A stretch of DNA of 64,000 bases from Eledone cirrhosa. Its lineage: Eukaryota. Both the position numbers and the translations under genes were made by a program. Below, in pieces: positions 38,734 to 56,467 of the stretch (the first letter of the stretch is position 1; every line of letters starts with the position of its first letter). The stretch is taken from NCBI GenBank assembly GCA_964016885.1, contig OZ024756.1, positions 12,586,001 to 12,650,000 on the forward strand, in the 5' to 3' direction. Under the pieces are notes generated by a model. The model worked only from the letters and a program-made list of their open reading frames with translations. It was not told where the DNA came from and made no database searches.

Positions 38734-39294
38734 GTGTGTGTGGTAGGGACGTAATATAGGTTTGTGTGAGTGTCTATATATATATATTTACACACACACA
38801 CATATATATATATATTTATTTATATATTTACACAGACATATATATATATATATATATACATGCATAAAAAATGTGTGTATATATATATATAATAGAGTTG
38901 TTAATATAATATGGTGTATTTTAGCACACAATATTTTGTTTAATGCATGCAATGTTGAAAAAGAAAAATGAAAAAAGAAAAAAAAATACACCTGTATAAA
39001 AATATGAGAGTACTTAAAAAACAAAACAAAAAAACAACTTAACATTAAAATCGTTAACCAGACAGTGTCCACCTTACGCACTACACACATACGGACAACT
39101 GTTGACTCTTTAACCTTCTGGCCGCTTTACGTGCCTTATGTCGCTGATAGAGTAATCTACCCTTTTATACATGATACACTGTCAAGGGAGGCAATTCATA
39201 AAATAATTCAGTGTCCTAAAGATTAAAGGGCCACAGGGCTCTTGTAGCATGCACATAGCTCAGCCTTTTAGGGTCAATTGTTATTGTAACAGTC

Positions 39295-39935
39295 TAAAGT
39301 CTGTCTCAAGCCAGGAGTCCTGTCAGGCCAGTGCTTATCCTGGTTTTGTGGTGTCAAGTGACAGAGTACAAGACTTCCCCCTGGACAGGACACCAGTCCA
39401 TGGCAGGGTTGAAGTCTGTCTCAACACAGGAGTCCCATCAGGCCAGTGCTTATCCTGGTTTTGTGGTGTCAAGTGACAGAGTACAAGACTTCCCCCTGGA
39501 CAGGACACCAGTCCATGGCAGGGTTGAAGTCTGTCTCAACACAGAGTCCCATCAGGCCAGTGCTTATCCTGGTTTTGTGGTGTCAAGTGACAGAGTACAA
39601 GACTTCCCCCTGGACAGGACACCAGTCCATGGCAGGGTTGAAGTCTGTCTCAACACGGGAGTCCCATCAGGCCAGTGCTTATCCTGGTTTCGTGGCATGA
39701 AGCAACTGAGAGTACAAGACTCCCCTTGGACAGGACACCAGTCCACCGCAGGGTTACCCACCCACCCACCCCTAGATATTACTGGTACTCATTTTGAGCT
39801 GAGTATACTGGAGTAACGTGAAATGAAGTGTCTTGCTCAAGAACACGACACACAACCCAGCCGAGGAATCAAACCCATGACATTATGATCATAAGTTCAA
39901 TACCCTTACCACTAGGCTACATGCCTTCCACTTTA
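39295..39935 (-). mobile_element. SINE with internal 115-bp tandem amplification (about 4 copies)
   Basis: ccagtgcttatcctggttt recurs at about 39328, 39443, 39557 and 39672; tRNA-like head and ttgagcaagacactt body at 39800-39935. Confidence 0.8.
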
Positions 39936-40139
39936 TAGGGTCATGGTGTTATTGTAACGTCATGACCCTTTGCTTCATTGAAAATTATTATTAACTCTTG
40001 CCTGCCACAGACAGACACAGATAGACAGACACAGACAGACACACACACACTGACAGACACACACATAGACACACACATAGACAGACACACACACACACAC
40101 TGACAGAGTAGTTTTCTAAATGTGAGGCTGATTTCACAT

Positions 40140-44487
<4,348 letters not shown>

Positions 44488-44686
44488 CACACACTCAAAG
44501 AAAATGTCAACAGAATTCTTTTTTCAATATCAATATTTTACAGCAATAGTTTTACTTTTTCATTCTAAGCAATAAATGCTTTGTTTATTTGTTTGTTTTT
44601 TTATTCCTTATCTGTGTGATCCACCCCTTGAAGAAGGGGTGGGGTTGAGAGAGGAAGTTGGAGCAGGGAGCAGAATGTTGTTGTAT

Positions 44687-44802
44687 TTAACCTTCAGCAT
44701 GTTCTAGGTGCTTTATGTTGCCAATAGAGTAATCTCACCTTAATACATAATACTGTGTCAAGGGAAGTAATTTATAAAATAATTCAGCATGCCAAAGGTT
44801 AA
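44687..44802. mobile_element. piggyBac-type MITE in the putative ZNF 3'UTR (related copy at 39110-39230)
   Basis: TTAA|ccttcagcatg ... catgccaaagg|TTAA. Confidence 0.7.
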
Positions 44803-44819
44803 TGAAATATTTTCCTGTC

Positions 44820-47105
44820 TTAGGACAGATAGCCCAACGGCTTCATCATATCTACAGGTTTGGGCATTTTATGACAGACTGAAGAATTTGATTTAGCATT
44901 CATGTTCAATGTGGACATATTATTATTATGCTCGTGATGATGGCGGTGGTGGTGATGGTGGTGGTGGTGGTGGTGGTGGCCCATCGATGAAGGCATCCCC
45001 GTATGTATTGGCCGTGTAAAGGCAGGCATGTCAGATGTGTTAGGAAGTGCCAGATGTGTTAAGCTATTTTGCTTGCTGTGTGGGACCTCAAATTCAGCGT
45101 TATACGCAGTCTGTTGGACTTCGTTTGCTTTGTCGCAAACCTTGGCATGTTTTGGTAAAGTAAGTTGAGAGAACATCAAAGAGCAGTATGCACAGCGGAA
45201 ACATTTTAGCTTCTGGAAGTTTCTAACGTGAATATATAGAAATTTAGTTTTACTAAAAGCCATCCCACAATGGCTGCATTTAAATAACTTGGGCACTGTT
45301 GAATCTTCATTCTCCATCTCAGCGAGAGTTTCGCTATCCTCTTCATCTGAACAGGAAATGTTCCATGAGGGATCCTCGTTTGGAATTCTGTTTGAATTTT
45401 GATGATGTAACTTGTGATGGGAGGCAGAACTGCCTGAAAGTTTATTTGACTCCATTAACATCTCTATTTGTCTTTCTTCATCTATTAAAGACGAAGATCT
45501 CGATGTTTCTAGTTCTGATACTTTGCCATCTTTTTCACAACATGTTTGCTGCATTTGCTGCTTCCTACCAGATGACAGCTCTAAAAGACTCTGAGTTAGG
45601 TTGAATGATGCTCCAAGGTTCTGTTGGTGGTCATCAACATGTTTTTCCAAAGCAGAGATATCAGAGAATATTTGTTGACAGTGAGAACATTCATAGGGTT
45701 TATATCGACTCATGTCAAGCAAGTGGAGGAGGTATTTGATTTTGGTATACAACGTTTTATTACAGTGTTTACAGTAAAACGGTTTCTCTCCAAGATGAAT
45801 CTTCCAATGACGTGTGCACGTAGGTTTAGTAGCAAAGTCTTCATAACACAATTCACAATGAAATGGTTTCTTTGTATGTTTTCTTTCGTGATTAACAAGA
45901 GCCTCTGATGATAGAAATACTTTACAACAAATATTGCAACTGTAAGATTTTCCTGGGTTACGCCATGCGGCTGGCGATGAAGGAGTTATTGATAAGTTGT
46001 AATGTGCTTTGCGATGCACAGCCAAACTGCTAGATGTTGAAAACAGTTTGAAACAATGTTCACACTGGTGTCGCTTCTCCCCTGTGTGGGATCGTGTGTG
46101 CACACCAAGACTGCTGGAAGTGGTGAAACATTTCTCACAATAGGCACACTTGTAAGGTCTTTCACCTGTGTGAGATCGTAAATGCACAGTGAGGCTGCCA
46201 GATGTGATGAACATCTTGTCGCAGAATTTACACTGGAAACGCTTCTCTCCGGTGTGAGTCTTAATGTGCACAAGAAGACTTCCAGAGGTTGTGAAAAGTT
46301 TTTCACAAAACTTGCACTGGTAATTCTTCTCACCTGTATGGGAACGAAGATGTACTAAAAGACTGCCGGAAGTTGTGAAGAACTTCTCGCACAGATCACA
46401 TCGATATCTTTTCTCACCTGTGTGTGTGCGTTTGTGCACTAAAAGACTTCCTGATGTGGAGAACATCTTGTGACAGGTCTCACATTCATAGCTTTTCTCA
46501 CCTGTGTGTGTACGAAGGTGTATATTCAAACTACTAGCAGTCGACAAGAGCTTGTCGCAAACATTACACTTGAATGTCATTCCATAATGGGTCTTAAGAT
46601 GCCTTGTTAATTGAGCAGATTTTGAAAATGTTTTCTGACAATAATCACACTGGATCGATCCATAATGTACAGTGCCAAGCATAGAGTGGCATTTCATATG
46701 GCGCTGCAACAGACTTGGCTGGGAGAAGATTTTCTGGCAATATTTACACCTGATTGGGTTCTCTTTCATATCATGCTTGCTGGCCCCATGTTGGCTATTT
46801 GAAGTCGGGATGTTCTTGTACATATGTTCCGAAGCAATATTGCTACCAGAATCCATCATTCTTTTGTGAACAAACCCTTGTTCGGACAGAGGCAGTAACA
46901 TATCACTGTTTACTTCCGAGTGACTGACACCACCATCCAACCATTTCCTTCGTTGATTGTCCATCATTGGAGTTGTAGAACCGATATGTTCTCGGAAACT
47001 AATCGGACCGTCACTGTACATAGTGTGATCTGGGAAAGCGTGGTCACTTGGTACAGAATTGCTTGTATCATTTAGCGGGGGCACTGACACTTCACAATCA
47101 GCCAT
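44820..47105 (-). CDS. C2H2 zinc-finger protein, about 13 canonical plus 2 atypical fingers, C-terminal His tract; single coding exon
   Basis: Repeated CxxC-x12-HxxxH with HTGEK linkers; ATG context aaaATGG; splice acceptor (tttcag|) at 47223; AATAAA on the - strand near 44585 and 44600. Confidence 0.96.
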   Translation of the reverse strand: MADCEVSVPPLNDTSNSVPSDHAFPDHTMYSDGPISFREHIGSTTPMMDNQRRKWLDGGVSHSEVNSDMLLPLSEQGFVHKRMMDSGSNIASEHMYKNIPTSNSQHGASKHDMKENPIRCKYCQKIFSQPSLLQRHMKCHSMLGTVHYGSIQCDYCQKTFSKSAQLTRHLKTHYGMTFKCNVCDKLLSTASSLNIHLRTHTGEKSYECETCHKMFSTSGSLLVHKRTHTGEKRYRCDLCEKFFTTSGSLLVHLRSHTGEKNYQCKFCEKLFTTSGSLLVHIKTHTGEKRFQCKFCDKMFITSGSLTVHLRSHTGERPYKCAYCEKCFTTSSSLGVHTRSHTGEKRHQCEHCFKLFSTSSSLAVHRKAHYNLSITPSSPAAWRNPGKSYSCNICCKVFLSSEALVNHERKHTKKPFHCELCYEDFATKPTCTRHWKIHLGEKPFYCKHCNKTLYTKIKYLLHLLDMSRYKPYECSHCQQIFSDISALEKHVDDHQQNLGASFNLTQSLLELSSGRKQQMQQTCCEKDGKVSELETSRSSSLIDEERQIEMLMESNKLSGSSASHHKLHHQNSNRIPNEDPSWNISCSDEEDSETLAEMENEDSTVPKLFKCSHCGMAFSKTKFLYIHVRNFQKLKCFRCAYCSLMFSQLTLPKHAKVCDKANEVQQTAYNAEFEVPHSKQNSLTHLALPNTSDMPAFTRPIHTGMPSSMGHHHHHHHHHHHRHHHEHNNNMSTLNMNAKSNSSVCHKMPKPVDMMKPLGYLS

Positions 47106-47264
47106 TTTGGTTAGAACAGCAGAAAACAGATCAATATTTAAACAGAGATCATCTCACATATCAAGTAAATCTCTTCAAAGTTTTCGAACAAATCACTGTT
47201 GATGTCAGCTGACAGCAAAATCCTGAAATTAGATTAAAAAAAAAATTAAACAGTGGTAGTAATA

Positions 47265-47785
47265 ATGGTTTCTAATTTAGGCCCTAACAATTACACCAGT
47301 GCATTACTGGTACTTTATTTTATTGACCCCCCGTAAGGATGAAAACAAAGTTAACCTTGGCAGGATTTGAACTCAAACCATAAAGGGACGTAACTCCATG
47401 CTGCAAAGTATGGCGTCCGACCCACTACAAATGGTTTCTGATTTAGGCACAAGAGCAACAATTTTTTTGTGGGGGAGGGTAAGTCAATTAAATTGACCCC
47501 AGAGCATTACTAGTGCTTTACTTATCAACCCCGTATGGATGAAAAGCACAGTTAACCTCGGCAGGATTTGAATTTGCCTTTCATCCTTACGGGGGTCGAT
47601 AAAATAAAGTACCAGTAATGTACTGGGTAATTGCTGGCCTTGTGCCAAAAGTAGAAACAATTATTATTATTACCACTGATAGGGCAGTAGATTGGCAGTA
47701 ATCAGAAGAGTGTTGGACACCATGCTTTATTGCACAGAGTCACGGCCCTTTGCGTTCTGATTTTAAATCCTGCCAAGGTTAGCAT
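47265..47785. mobile_element. cluster of four SINE family A fragments (two -, two +) in the ZNF intron
   Basis: Family A motifs in both orientations. Confidence 0.8.
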
Positions 47786-47799
47786 TATCATAATAATGT

Positions 47800-50180
47800 A
47801 GACAAACATTGAGAGCGTGAAAATCAAGAGAGGAATATTTCAGAGAGGCACTTTTTCACCTTTGCTGTTTGTACTGTGAATGGTTCCACTTTCATTGGTG
47901 TTGAGAAGGTCAAGGGCTGGTTATAAGTGGGGAGGATGCGAGTTCAAGATAAACCACCTGCTGTTTATGGATGACTTCATGGATGACCTAAAACTTTGTG
48001 CGAAATCCTATGAACAGATTGATTCCCTTGTACACACAGTTCATACATCCAGTATGGACATAGGAATGGAATTTGGCATAAAAAAAAGAGTGGGGTACTA
48101 CTACTACTGAAGCAAGATAGAATTAATAAGATGGAAGGAATTGAATTACCAGATGGACAAGTTATGAAGGAAATTGATGACAATGGTTATAAGTACTTAG
48201 GTATCCTAGAAACAAAGGAGAGATTGGTGGCAGGAGTTAAGAAAGATAAAGGTCCTAAACAGTGATGAAGCAAAGGAAAAGGGAAAATTTAAATAAGACA
48301 GACAGTATGACACATTTAATAGATGGAAGGGGAATAAATGGTCAATTCTTACATGAAATTCTTGAAACAGTTGACAAAGATGGGAACTGGGAATGGACTA
48401 GGAAAAGTGAATTGAAAGTTGAAACTGAAGCCCTTATTTTCACAGCCCAGGAACAGGCACTGAGAATGAACTATATCAAGTTCAATATTGACAAGTCAGT
48501 GAATTCCACACTTTCTAAGCACTTTCCGTATACTTTTCTAGTGGTCAGAGGCCTGTTTAATTTATGGTATAATTGTTTCATAAAGCCTACAGTTTGACAA
48601 ATGTGTCCGAACACGGAAGAACCGAACTCCCACTGTCATCGCCTCCATCTCTCTTGCCCTCCCCATCTCTCTGTCTTATGAGCAAATGGGGTCGCACAAC
48701 CTCGGTGGACAGAACGTAGAAGGTGTTTCCCCGGAGGATGGTAAGAGAGATGCCATTCCATCTTGCGAGGCTCACACCTGCGGCTGGCCAGCTCAGTGCC
48801 TATGGTGGTAACTAGTAAGGTAGCCCTAGGGCCAAGGATACCAGAAGTCTCCACTGCCAAGGGCATGACCACAAAGCTGTTGGAGAGTGACTGAAACTTG
48901 GAGAGTTTACCCTCCTCAGCACGAAGTGCAGCAGAACCTGGGTTAGTTGTAGACTGCACCTGGAGAAAGTGTCACTGCAAGTGGCATCTCAGACGAGGGC
49001 TTTGCCACCACAGAACGGGAAGATAGTCATACCGTCTGGCCTTTTATCATCCCCTCAGTCCAGCCCCACCGGCTCTAGCTGGGAGGGGAAGACTACAGCA
49101 TCCAAGCCATGCTTTATGACCTCGTTGAGGGCAGCATGGTGTGGAGGGCGGCCAGCACTGTAGCGACAGGAATGCAGGTGGAGGCCGAAAGAGTCCACAG
49201 TGGATCTGCAGCAACATTTGTGTGATTCGCAGATCCGGAGGCCAAGCCTCGGGGAAACCCTGATGTGCAGGCTATCGCTGTCCAGCTGCGTGCCAGTAGA
49301 GAAGGAGGGCAAGGCATGGAGCCAGGCACCACTGTGGGGTTGTGAGGTCGCGAGAAAACAGGCAAGGCGGTGGTGGTCGAGCTGGTGCGTTAGCCTGTCT
49401 GAAACCGGGCTGCACTGGATGGCATCCCAATCACAGAGGGTTCCATTGTGTTTAGGAGAATCCTGTTGATGAGGACATGGCATGAGGTTAGCGACAAAAG
49501 AAACGCCGGAAAAGCCAGCAAGATTGGGGACCGGAGGCCAAGGCCACCATATCTAACAGGTAAAGTGGCCTGTTGCCATCCAATGTCGTCAAACCTGACA
49601 TTGCATATCTCCTCAGCTGCCGCTCAGATACAAGAGTTGAGGTCAGCAAGGAATGCTGCGAAGGGTATAGAGGAGCTTTGGCATGGTAAAGAGGTTCCTC
49701 AACAGGAAGAGGGCTGGGTGGGCATCAATCATGCCCAGTTGGCTCGTGAGGGTCTTCAGCTGCTGGAGCCTGGACCTGATAGTGGAGCGGATGGCTGGCG
49801 AGTGGATTGATGACCCTAGGATGAGGACATCCTCTTTGGGAGTCACCTGTACCTGGAGGAGAATGGTCCACATGTCCGAGACGGAGGCTGAAAAGCTCTC
49901 AGCATTGTGGTTGACATTCACCACCTCCGACTTGGACAAGTTGACCTGGAGGCCGATTCCCACCAGAGCAGGAACCACCGATTGCTGTGTGGTGAGAAAA
50001 GTGAGACAATAAACCACATTATTAGTGAATGTAAGATACTTTCTCAGAAAGAGTACAAGAGAACGTATGGCAACATTGACAGATTGGTTCATTGGAAACT
50101 CTGTCATATGACATGAGCAGAAGTGAGAAATGGTGTGAACACCAACCAGAAAGGGTGGCTGAAAATGAAGAGTATAAGAA
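47800..50180 (+). pseudogene. R4/Dong-like non-LTR retrotransposon remnant, split by an insertion (48520-49983)
   Basis: IKRGIFQ..FSPLLF, INHLLFMDDLKL, IGMEFGIKK, YKYLGILE, ETEALIFTAQEQALR; after the insert, LCGEKSETINHIISEC (zinc knuckle) and KWCEHQPERV. Confidence 0.85.
48520..49983 (-). mobile_element. CRE-like RLE non-LTR retrotransposon 3' part, nested
   Basis: GLQVNLSKSE, ALFLLRN...PKLLYTLRS, SGAWLHALP, GLHLHSC...HHAALNEVI, KRPDGMT, PLAVETSGILG. Confidence 0.85.
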
Positions 50181-50565
50181 AGACAGACCCTCCCTCTCTA
50201 CCCTCACTTTCCTCTTCAAGCGCTACTTGAAGAGGTTAATGAGAACTTCACCAGAGACGTTTCTCTCCTCAAGCCTCACTTGTAGGGACTTCCTTATCTG
50301 TAGACTTGTCCCAAACAGGTAATAGCACTCCCAGGCCAAGAACCGCTCTGACCTAGGTGTACAGTCTGTCACCCTCTCTTTCTCCCATTGCCTAATAGTC
50401 CTTGCTCTTTCCCTCCTTTTCCTCTCATTTATAGCATTTATAGTCCTTTCCAATACTACTTTCGTTTCCTCTATGTTTGACTAAATATTAAATTCTTTAT
50501 TATTTTTATGTAATTTTATCCGAGAAATATATTTGAGTATTTTGAAATAAAATTTATTTGATTAT

Positions 50566-50783
50566 TTAACCCTTTAGCATTTAAATCGGCCGTATCTGGC
50601 CAGAATTCTCTCACCTCTTTCTATTCAAACCAGCCACTCATACTGATGTTAAGGTATTGTTCTCAAAATAAATATCAAAATTTCATAGATTCGATATTGT
50701 GTGAGATAATCATGTGAGGTAAAGCCTTTACCACGAAAATATAATAGTATATATATAGAGTAATGTAAACGTTAAAGGGTTAA
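50566..50783. mobile_element. piggyBac-type MITE
   Basis: TTAA|ccctttagcattta ... taaacgttaaaggg|TTAA. Confidence 0.85.
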
Positions 50784-51423
50784 AAAATTATTTGGAGATT
50801 GTGTATGACAGGACCCACTGGTGGAAGTGTTTGCAGACTCTGCTCCGATGATTGTCTTGTCTAACCGACAGAGAGCCATGAATGTTTGGCAGCATTGTAG
50901 ATGCCAAACAGTCATCCTTGGTCTGACCCAGGACAGCAACAGGTACCTATACCAACAGGTACCTGTAACAGTGGTACCCACACCCATTGCCAAGGGAACT
51001 CAGGTATTTCTGCAGGTGCGTAAACACACACATTAGCCTCAGCAGGTGTCTGTACACCATCAGAAAGAGTAAACCGAGAATTTCCTGAGACTAATGGTTG
51101 TCTGTGGATCTCCTGGTCAGCTGGAGCTGTCCACCAGTCAGTTATACCGTTGAACCTCACTTCATCACAACTGACCCGGAGTTAAACAACAACAACAACA
51201 ACAACAACAACACATTTCACTTCAGATCAGGAAGCTTCTGTTACTGATAGCTTGCACACACACACACACACATATATATATATGGACACATACGCACACA
51301 TAAATACACTCACACACACACAAAAACACATATATAATATATATATATATGTTAAGTATTTCCGTAGAAAAGGTAAAGGAAGTAGAGAGTTATTTAATTA
51401 CATAATAAACAACACAATATAAT

Positions 51424-51497
51424 TATTCCATTACCAAAGGTTTCAGGAAACTAGACAATCCTAACAGAATCCCCCAGCCTGTTCATCAGATGAAATA
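51424..51497 (-). ncRNA. type I hammerhead ribozyme
   Basis: - strand: TATTTCAT / CTGATGA / stem II / GAAA-CC-TTT-GG-TA / ATGGAATA. Confidence 0.72.
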
Positions 51498-51769
51498 TTT
51501 ATGTTTTGGATATAAGTTTTGAAATTGATATCTATTAAAAATGAAAATGAAGCTGAGTTAAAATAACATCTTATAACAGAATATAAACACATATACAAAT
51601 GATGATGATGATGACACACACACATACATAAATATACATGCACGCATCTATACGTACATCCATATACACTCTTACATAGATATATAAGCGCATCAACCAC
51701 ACATATACACTCATTCACAGATATATAAGCGCATCAACCACACATATACACTCATACACATATACATCC

Positions 51770-51802
<33 letters not shown>

Positions 51803-51803
51803 C

Positions 51804-51880
<77 letters not shown>

Positions 51881-52076
51881 ATACTTGGGGAGGGTCATAT
51901 TTGTGTAATAATATTGCCAGAATTAATAACAGAACACACTCACTGTTTGGTTGGTTTTTGCTTCTGTGTCTTTTATATCGGTTAATTTAATTTATTTGGT
52001 CCTCAATGTTACCATTGACTGACCAACGGTCAAAAATACAGATACAATATAGACACAAACACATATATATATAGTC

Positions 52077-52120
52077 TATCAAAGTTCTTTCGTTGCACAT
52101 CTGCAACATCGTCAGTGGTG
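52077..52120 (-). ncRNA. type I hammerhead ribozyme in a PLE pLTR
   Basis: - strand: CACCA / CTGACGA-T / GTTGCA-GATG-TGCAAC / GAAA-GAAC-TT / TGATA. Confidence 0.65.
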
Positions 52121-53870
52121 CTATTATGTTTCCTCCCGTTTGTATGCCTATGCCATCTTTATTTAGTCTGTTTATTTATTTATATATATATAGTAAAAGA
52201 AGGAAGAGTAACATGGTCGGCTGTACAACAAGGGGCTTTATTTCAGGTATTAACAATTGTTTCATTGATCAGGTGAGTCTAGAGGCCGCTAATCGTTTGA
52301 AGTTGCATCACTCGATCTCCATTACATTATTTACCTCTGATCAAATCCTCAATAAAACAATTGTCAATACCTGAAATAAAGCCCCTTGTACAGCCGACTA
52401 TGTTACTCTTCATTCTTTCACTATTATTACTCCAAGTATAACCTACATAGGAATTACCGCAAAGTCGCTGCCTAACTATGGAAACATCTTGTTGAGACAT
52501 TTGAAAATTTTAAAGTGAATCTTTAAATAAGAAATAAAATATATTTAATGAAGAGCCACGAAATTTAGTAGATAAATTATGTAATATTCATTCATTATTT
52601 ATTCAAAGTAATCCAACTTATTTTACTAAGGGGATAAAAAATTATAAACCGTACGCAGTCCCGCGCTTCTTACTTTATTATAGTTTAGATTATCAATTAA
52701 TGCTATTGTGTAATGCCTGTGCGTGAACATTTTTTTTAAAGTGAGGAAAGACTGTGCATTGAGCCAATCCTACTCTCTGAGTGACAGTAGCTATAACCCG
52801 AAAAGAAGAAAAGATCAACATCATCGATAACTACTGAGTCGCAGGTTTTATGTTAGAGTTATCCCAGTTTCCTGAGTTGCCTTCTCCTAGAAAAATGCCT
52901 TGACAAAGGCTAGGGGTCCTTCACTCCCAGTGGTTTAACCGCATGATCGGGTATCCAGCCCGATTATTTCTATGCCCCTGCGCATATATATACATATGTA
53001 TATATGTATACATGTATATACATATATACATATATACATATGTATATACATATTTACACATTTTGGGAAGGTCGTTGCTTCTTATGAGTTCTTCTGCCCT
53101 TTGTCAGGTTTTGTTTTTTGTCCTGCAGGGTGTCAAAAATCACCCTCCTCACCAAGTAAACTTGGTGGGGTTGCCGGTTTAGTCGCCGATGACCCGTCTG
53201 CTAAGAGTATTGCAATTGCTTGTCAGATTAGAGTTTGGTGCACTTTTAGGCTACGGCCAGCCACACGAACCTGTAACATATCCTGAACAAACAACGTTTA
53301 TGCTTTGAAGGTTTTTTTTAAGTGGGGAAAGGCCTTGCACTCAACCAATCCCACTCTCTGAGCATCGAAAACACCACCCGAAAAGGAGAACTGGTCAACA
53401 TCATTGGATGCTTCCGAAGCCGCAGGTTTTCTTTCAGAGTTTCCCTCTCCTAGAAAGGTGTTGTGACAACAACTGGGGGCCTTTCACTCCCAGGTGAAAA
53501 AAAAAAAGTACTATTTGGATGGCTATTGACTCTGCTGAGGTCCCTCCGCCCTTTGCCAGGTGTTGTATTTCATCTTGCAGGGTGTCCAAATATCACCAAG
53601 CAATCTTGTGGGGTGGCTGGTTTAGTCGCCGAAGACCCAACAATGAGAATGCATACATACATATATATGTACATATATACACAAATATATACATATACAT
53701 ATACACACACACACATATATATATATATGTATGTACATATATATATATATATATATATGTACATATATACACACATATATACATATACATATACACACAC
53801 ACACATATATATATATATATATGTACATATATATATATATATATGTACATATATACACACATATATACAT

Positions 53871-53904
<34 letters not shown>

Positions 53905-54049
53905 GCACATATATAGACACACACCCATACATACACACCTGCACATACATATATATATATTGGTGTAAAGATATATACAAAAATACAATGTAGACATACA
54001 TATATTAGGCAGAGAGGCATGCATAAAATACATTTATAAAGCCGTCGCC

Positions 54050-54835
54050 ACCACCACCGCTACCATCATACGTCCGCTTTTCCCTGTTTGCAAGGGTGAG
54101 ATGGGTCCTTTTCAGCACAGCCTCTCTCCACTTGTCACGGTCCTTCGTCATTTCCCATGAGCTTCAGCGATCTGAGGTCTGCTCCCCCCACCTCCGCTCA
54201 CAATTTTCGTGGTCTTCCTCTACTGCGTCTTCCTTGCACTGCTTCTCATCTACTTTGACCTTTTCTCTAATTAGTTGCGCTAATATTCTCTCTACCACTT
54301 ACTTAACCTGATCCATCTGTTTTATGCCTATGCCCCTATAATTGCTCCTCTCCAGAGCATCCCTTTACCTTTGTAGCAATTTATGAGAATACTGCTGCAC
54401 CAGTCTTTGGGTATGACACCGCCATATGTAACTTTATTGACTATGCGTGCAACCAGTTTAGTGCCTACTTCTCCTGATGCCTTCAGCATCTCAGCAACTA
54501 TCCCCGATGGTCCAGCAGCCTTACCATTTTTCATTTCCTTAATTGCCTCTTGGACCCTATAGTCGTCAATCTCAATAGCTGGTCCCTCTGTCGGGTCTAC
54601 TGGGGGTAATTTCTCTCTCTCCCATTCATCAGTCTCTCATAATGTCATTTCCAGGCCTCCTTTTTCTGAGCATCAGTGACACTAAGTGCACCAGCATCAT
54701 TTCGGACACACTTATCTCCAATTGGCAAACCTCCCTGCGTGCTAAGTATACCTGACATCTAGCCTCTCTTCTAGTGGCTGAGTATCGGTCTGTACTGCCA
54801 CCATTTTTCAAAGCCTTTATTGCTTGTCTTTTGTC
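54050..54835 (-). mobile_element. internally deleted RTE LINE
   Basis: MKNGKAAGPSGIVAEMLKASGEVG...IPKDWCSSILINCYKGKG; 3' end and tail at 54050-54300. Confidence 0.85.
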
Positions 54836-54916
54836 TTTCATACAATTCTAATTCATCTTCCTTTTCGTCATACACATCTTGAAGGGCTTTCCTAAATTCA
54901 TATTTTATATATATAT

Positions 54917-54999
<83 letters not shown>

Positions 55000-55004
55000 T
55001 ATAG

Positions 55005-56362
55005 ATGAGTAGTGGCATGTGAAGGCTGTACAAGCCATGTATAGAGGAGCAATCAGCAAAGTCAGGATTAACAAGGACTATAGCGAGGAATTTAGTGTAC
55101 AAGTCGGTGTCCTCCAGGACTCTGTCCTTAGCCCGCTCCTGTTTATTATCATATTGCAGGCTATAACAGAGGAGTTTAAGACCGGCTGCCCATGGGAACT
55201 TCTGTACGCAGATGATCTTCCGCTCATAGCTGAATCCATGGTGGAACTAGAGAAGAAATTCCAAACGTAGAAGCAGGGCCTAGAAAGAGAGGTCTTAAAT
55301 TCAACCTGACAAAGACTAAGGTCCTAGTAAGTAGAAGAGAAAACAGAACCCTCATCCCCTCGGGGAAATGGCCTTGTTCACTATGTAGGAAAGGTGTTGG
55401 TAGAAATTCCATCCTCTGCTCCATATGCAAAATGTGGGTACACAAGAGATGTAGTGGGATCTCAGGAAGTTTAGCTAAGAATGTAGGCTTTACATGTAGC
55501 TGTTGCACCGAGACAGTAAGCAGCAAATGACCGCAGGAAACAAGTGCTACTATATTCTCGGAGAGCCCTGTAGAAACAGTAGACAGCTTCTGCTACTTAG
55601 GTGACCAAATTAGCAGCGGTGGTGGGTGCTCTGAAAGTACAGCAACCTGAGTTAAAACGGGATGGAGGAGGTTCAGGATGCTACTACCACTGCTAGCTAC
55701 AAAAGGCTTCTCTCACAAAATGAAAGGCAGACTGTATCATTCGTGCGTACATACAGCTATGTTGCATGGTAGTGAGACTTGGGCGTGCTCCGATGGATGT
55801 GTAATAGTAGTTTACGTGAACAGTGAAGTATAAATGAACTGAGAGAGAAACTAGGCATAAGAGGAATCACATGCTGTGTGCAGGAGAGGAGATTGCGCTG
55901 GTATGGACATGTGTTGCGTATAAAGGATGACAGCTGCATTAAAAAGTGCAGAGCGCTCACAGTCATCGGTAGCCTTGGGTGGAGGACCCAGGAAGACCTG
56001 GGATGAGGTGATAAAAGCCGACCTTGCCCAATTGCACCTCTCAAAGGCGATGACACATGACCAGGTTCTCTGGCAATGTGCCAGAAGACCTGACTTCCCA
56101 TGAGCACAAGCTGAAACATATCTACAGTATGACCCCCCCCCCCCGCCCAGCCCACACTGTAAAAGGGACGTGTAAAAGACACGGCAAAAGCACCCAGCCC
56201 ACACTGTCAATGTGGTTGGCTTTAGGAAGGGCATCCAGTCGTAGAAAACTAGCCAGAAACACCACTATATCAGTGAGACACGGTCACCCGACCCAACTGG
56301 CCTCTAAATGGGAGCCATCTAACCCATGCTAGCGTGGAAGATGGACATTAATCGATGATGAT
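55005..56362 (+). mobile_element. RTE LINE remnant (RT, Cys-rich insertion, 3'UTR, tail)
   Basis: VGVLQDSVLSPLLF, ELLYADD, NLTKTKVLV, WPCSLCRKGVGRNSILCSICKMWVHKRCSG, FCYLGD, RRLRWYGHV. Confidence 0.92.
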
Positions 56363-56427
56363 ATACACACATATATATATATATAAACATACATACACAT
56401 TATATATAAATACACACACACATATAT

Positions 56428-56467
<40 letters not shown>

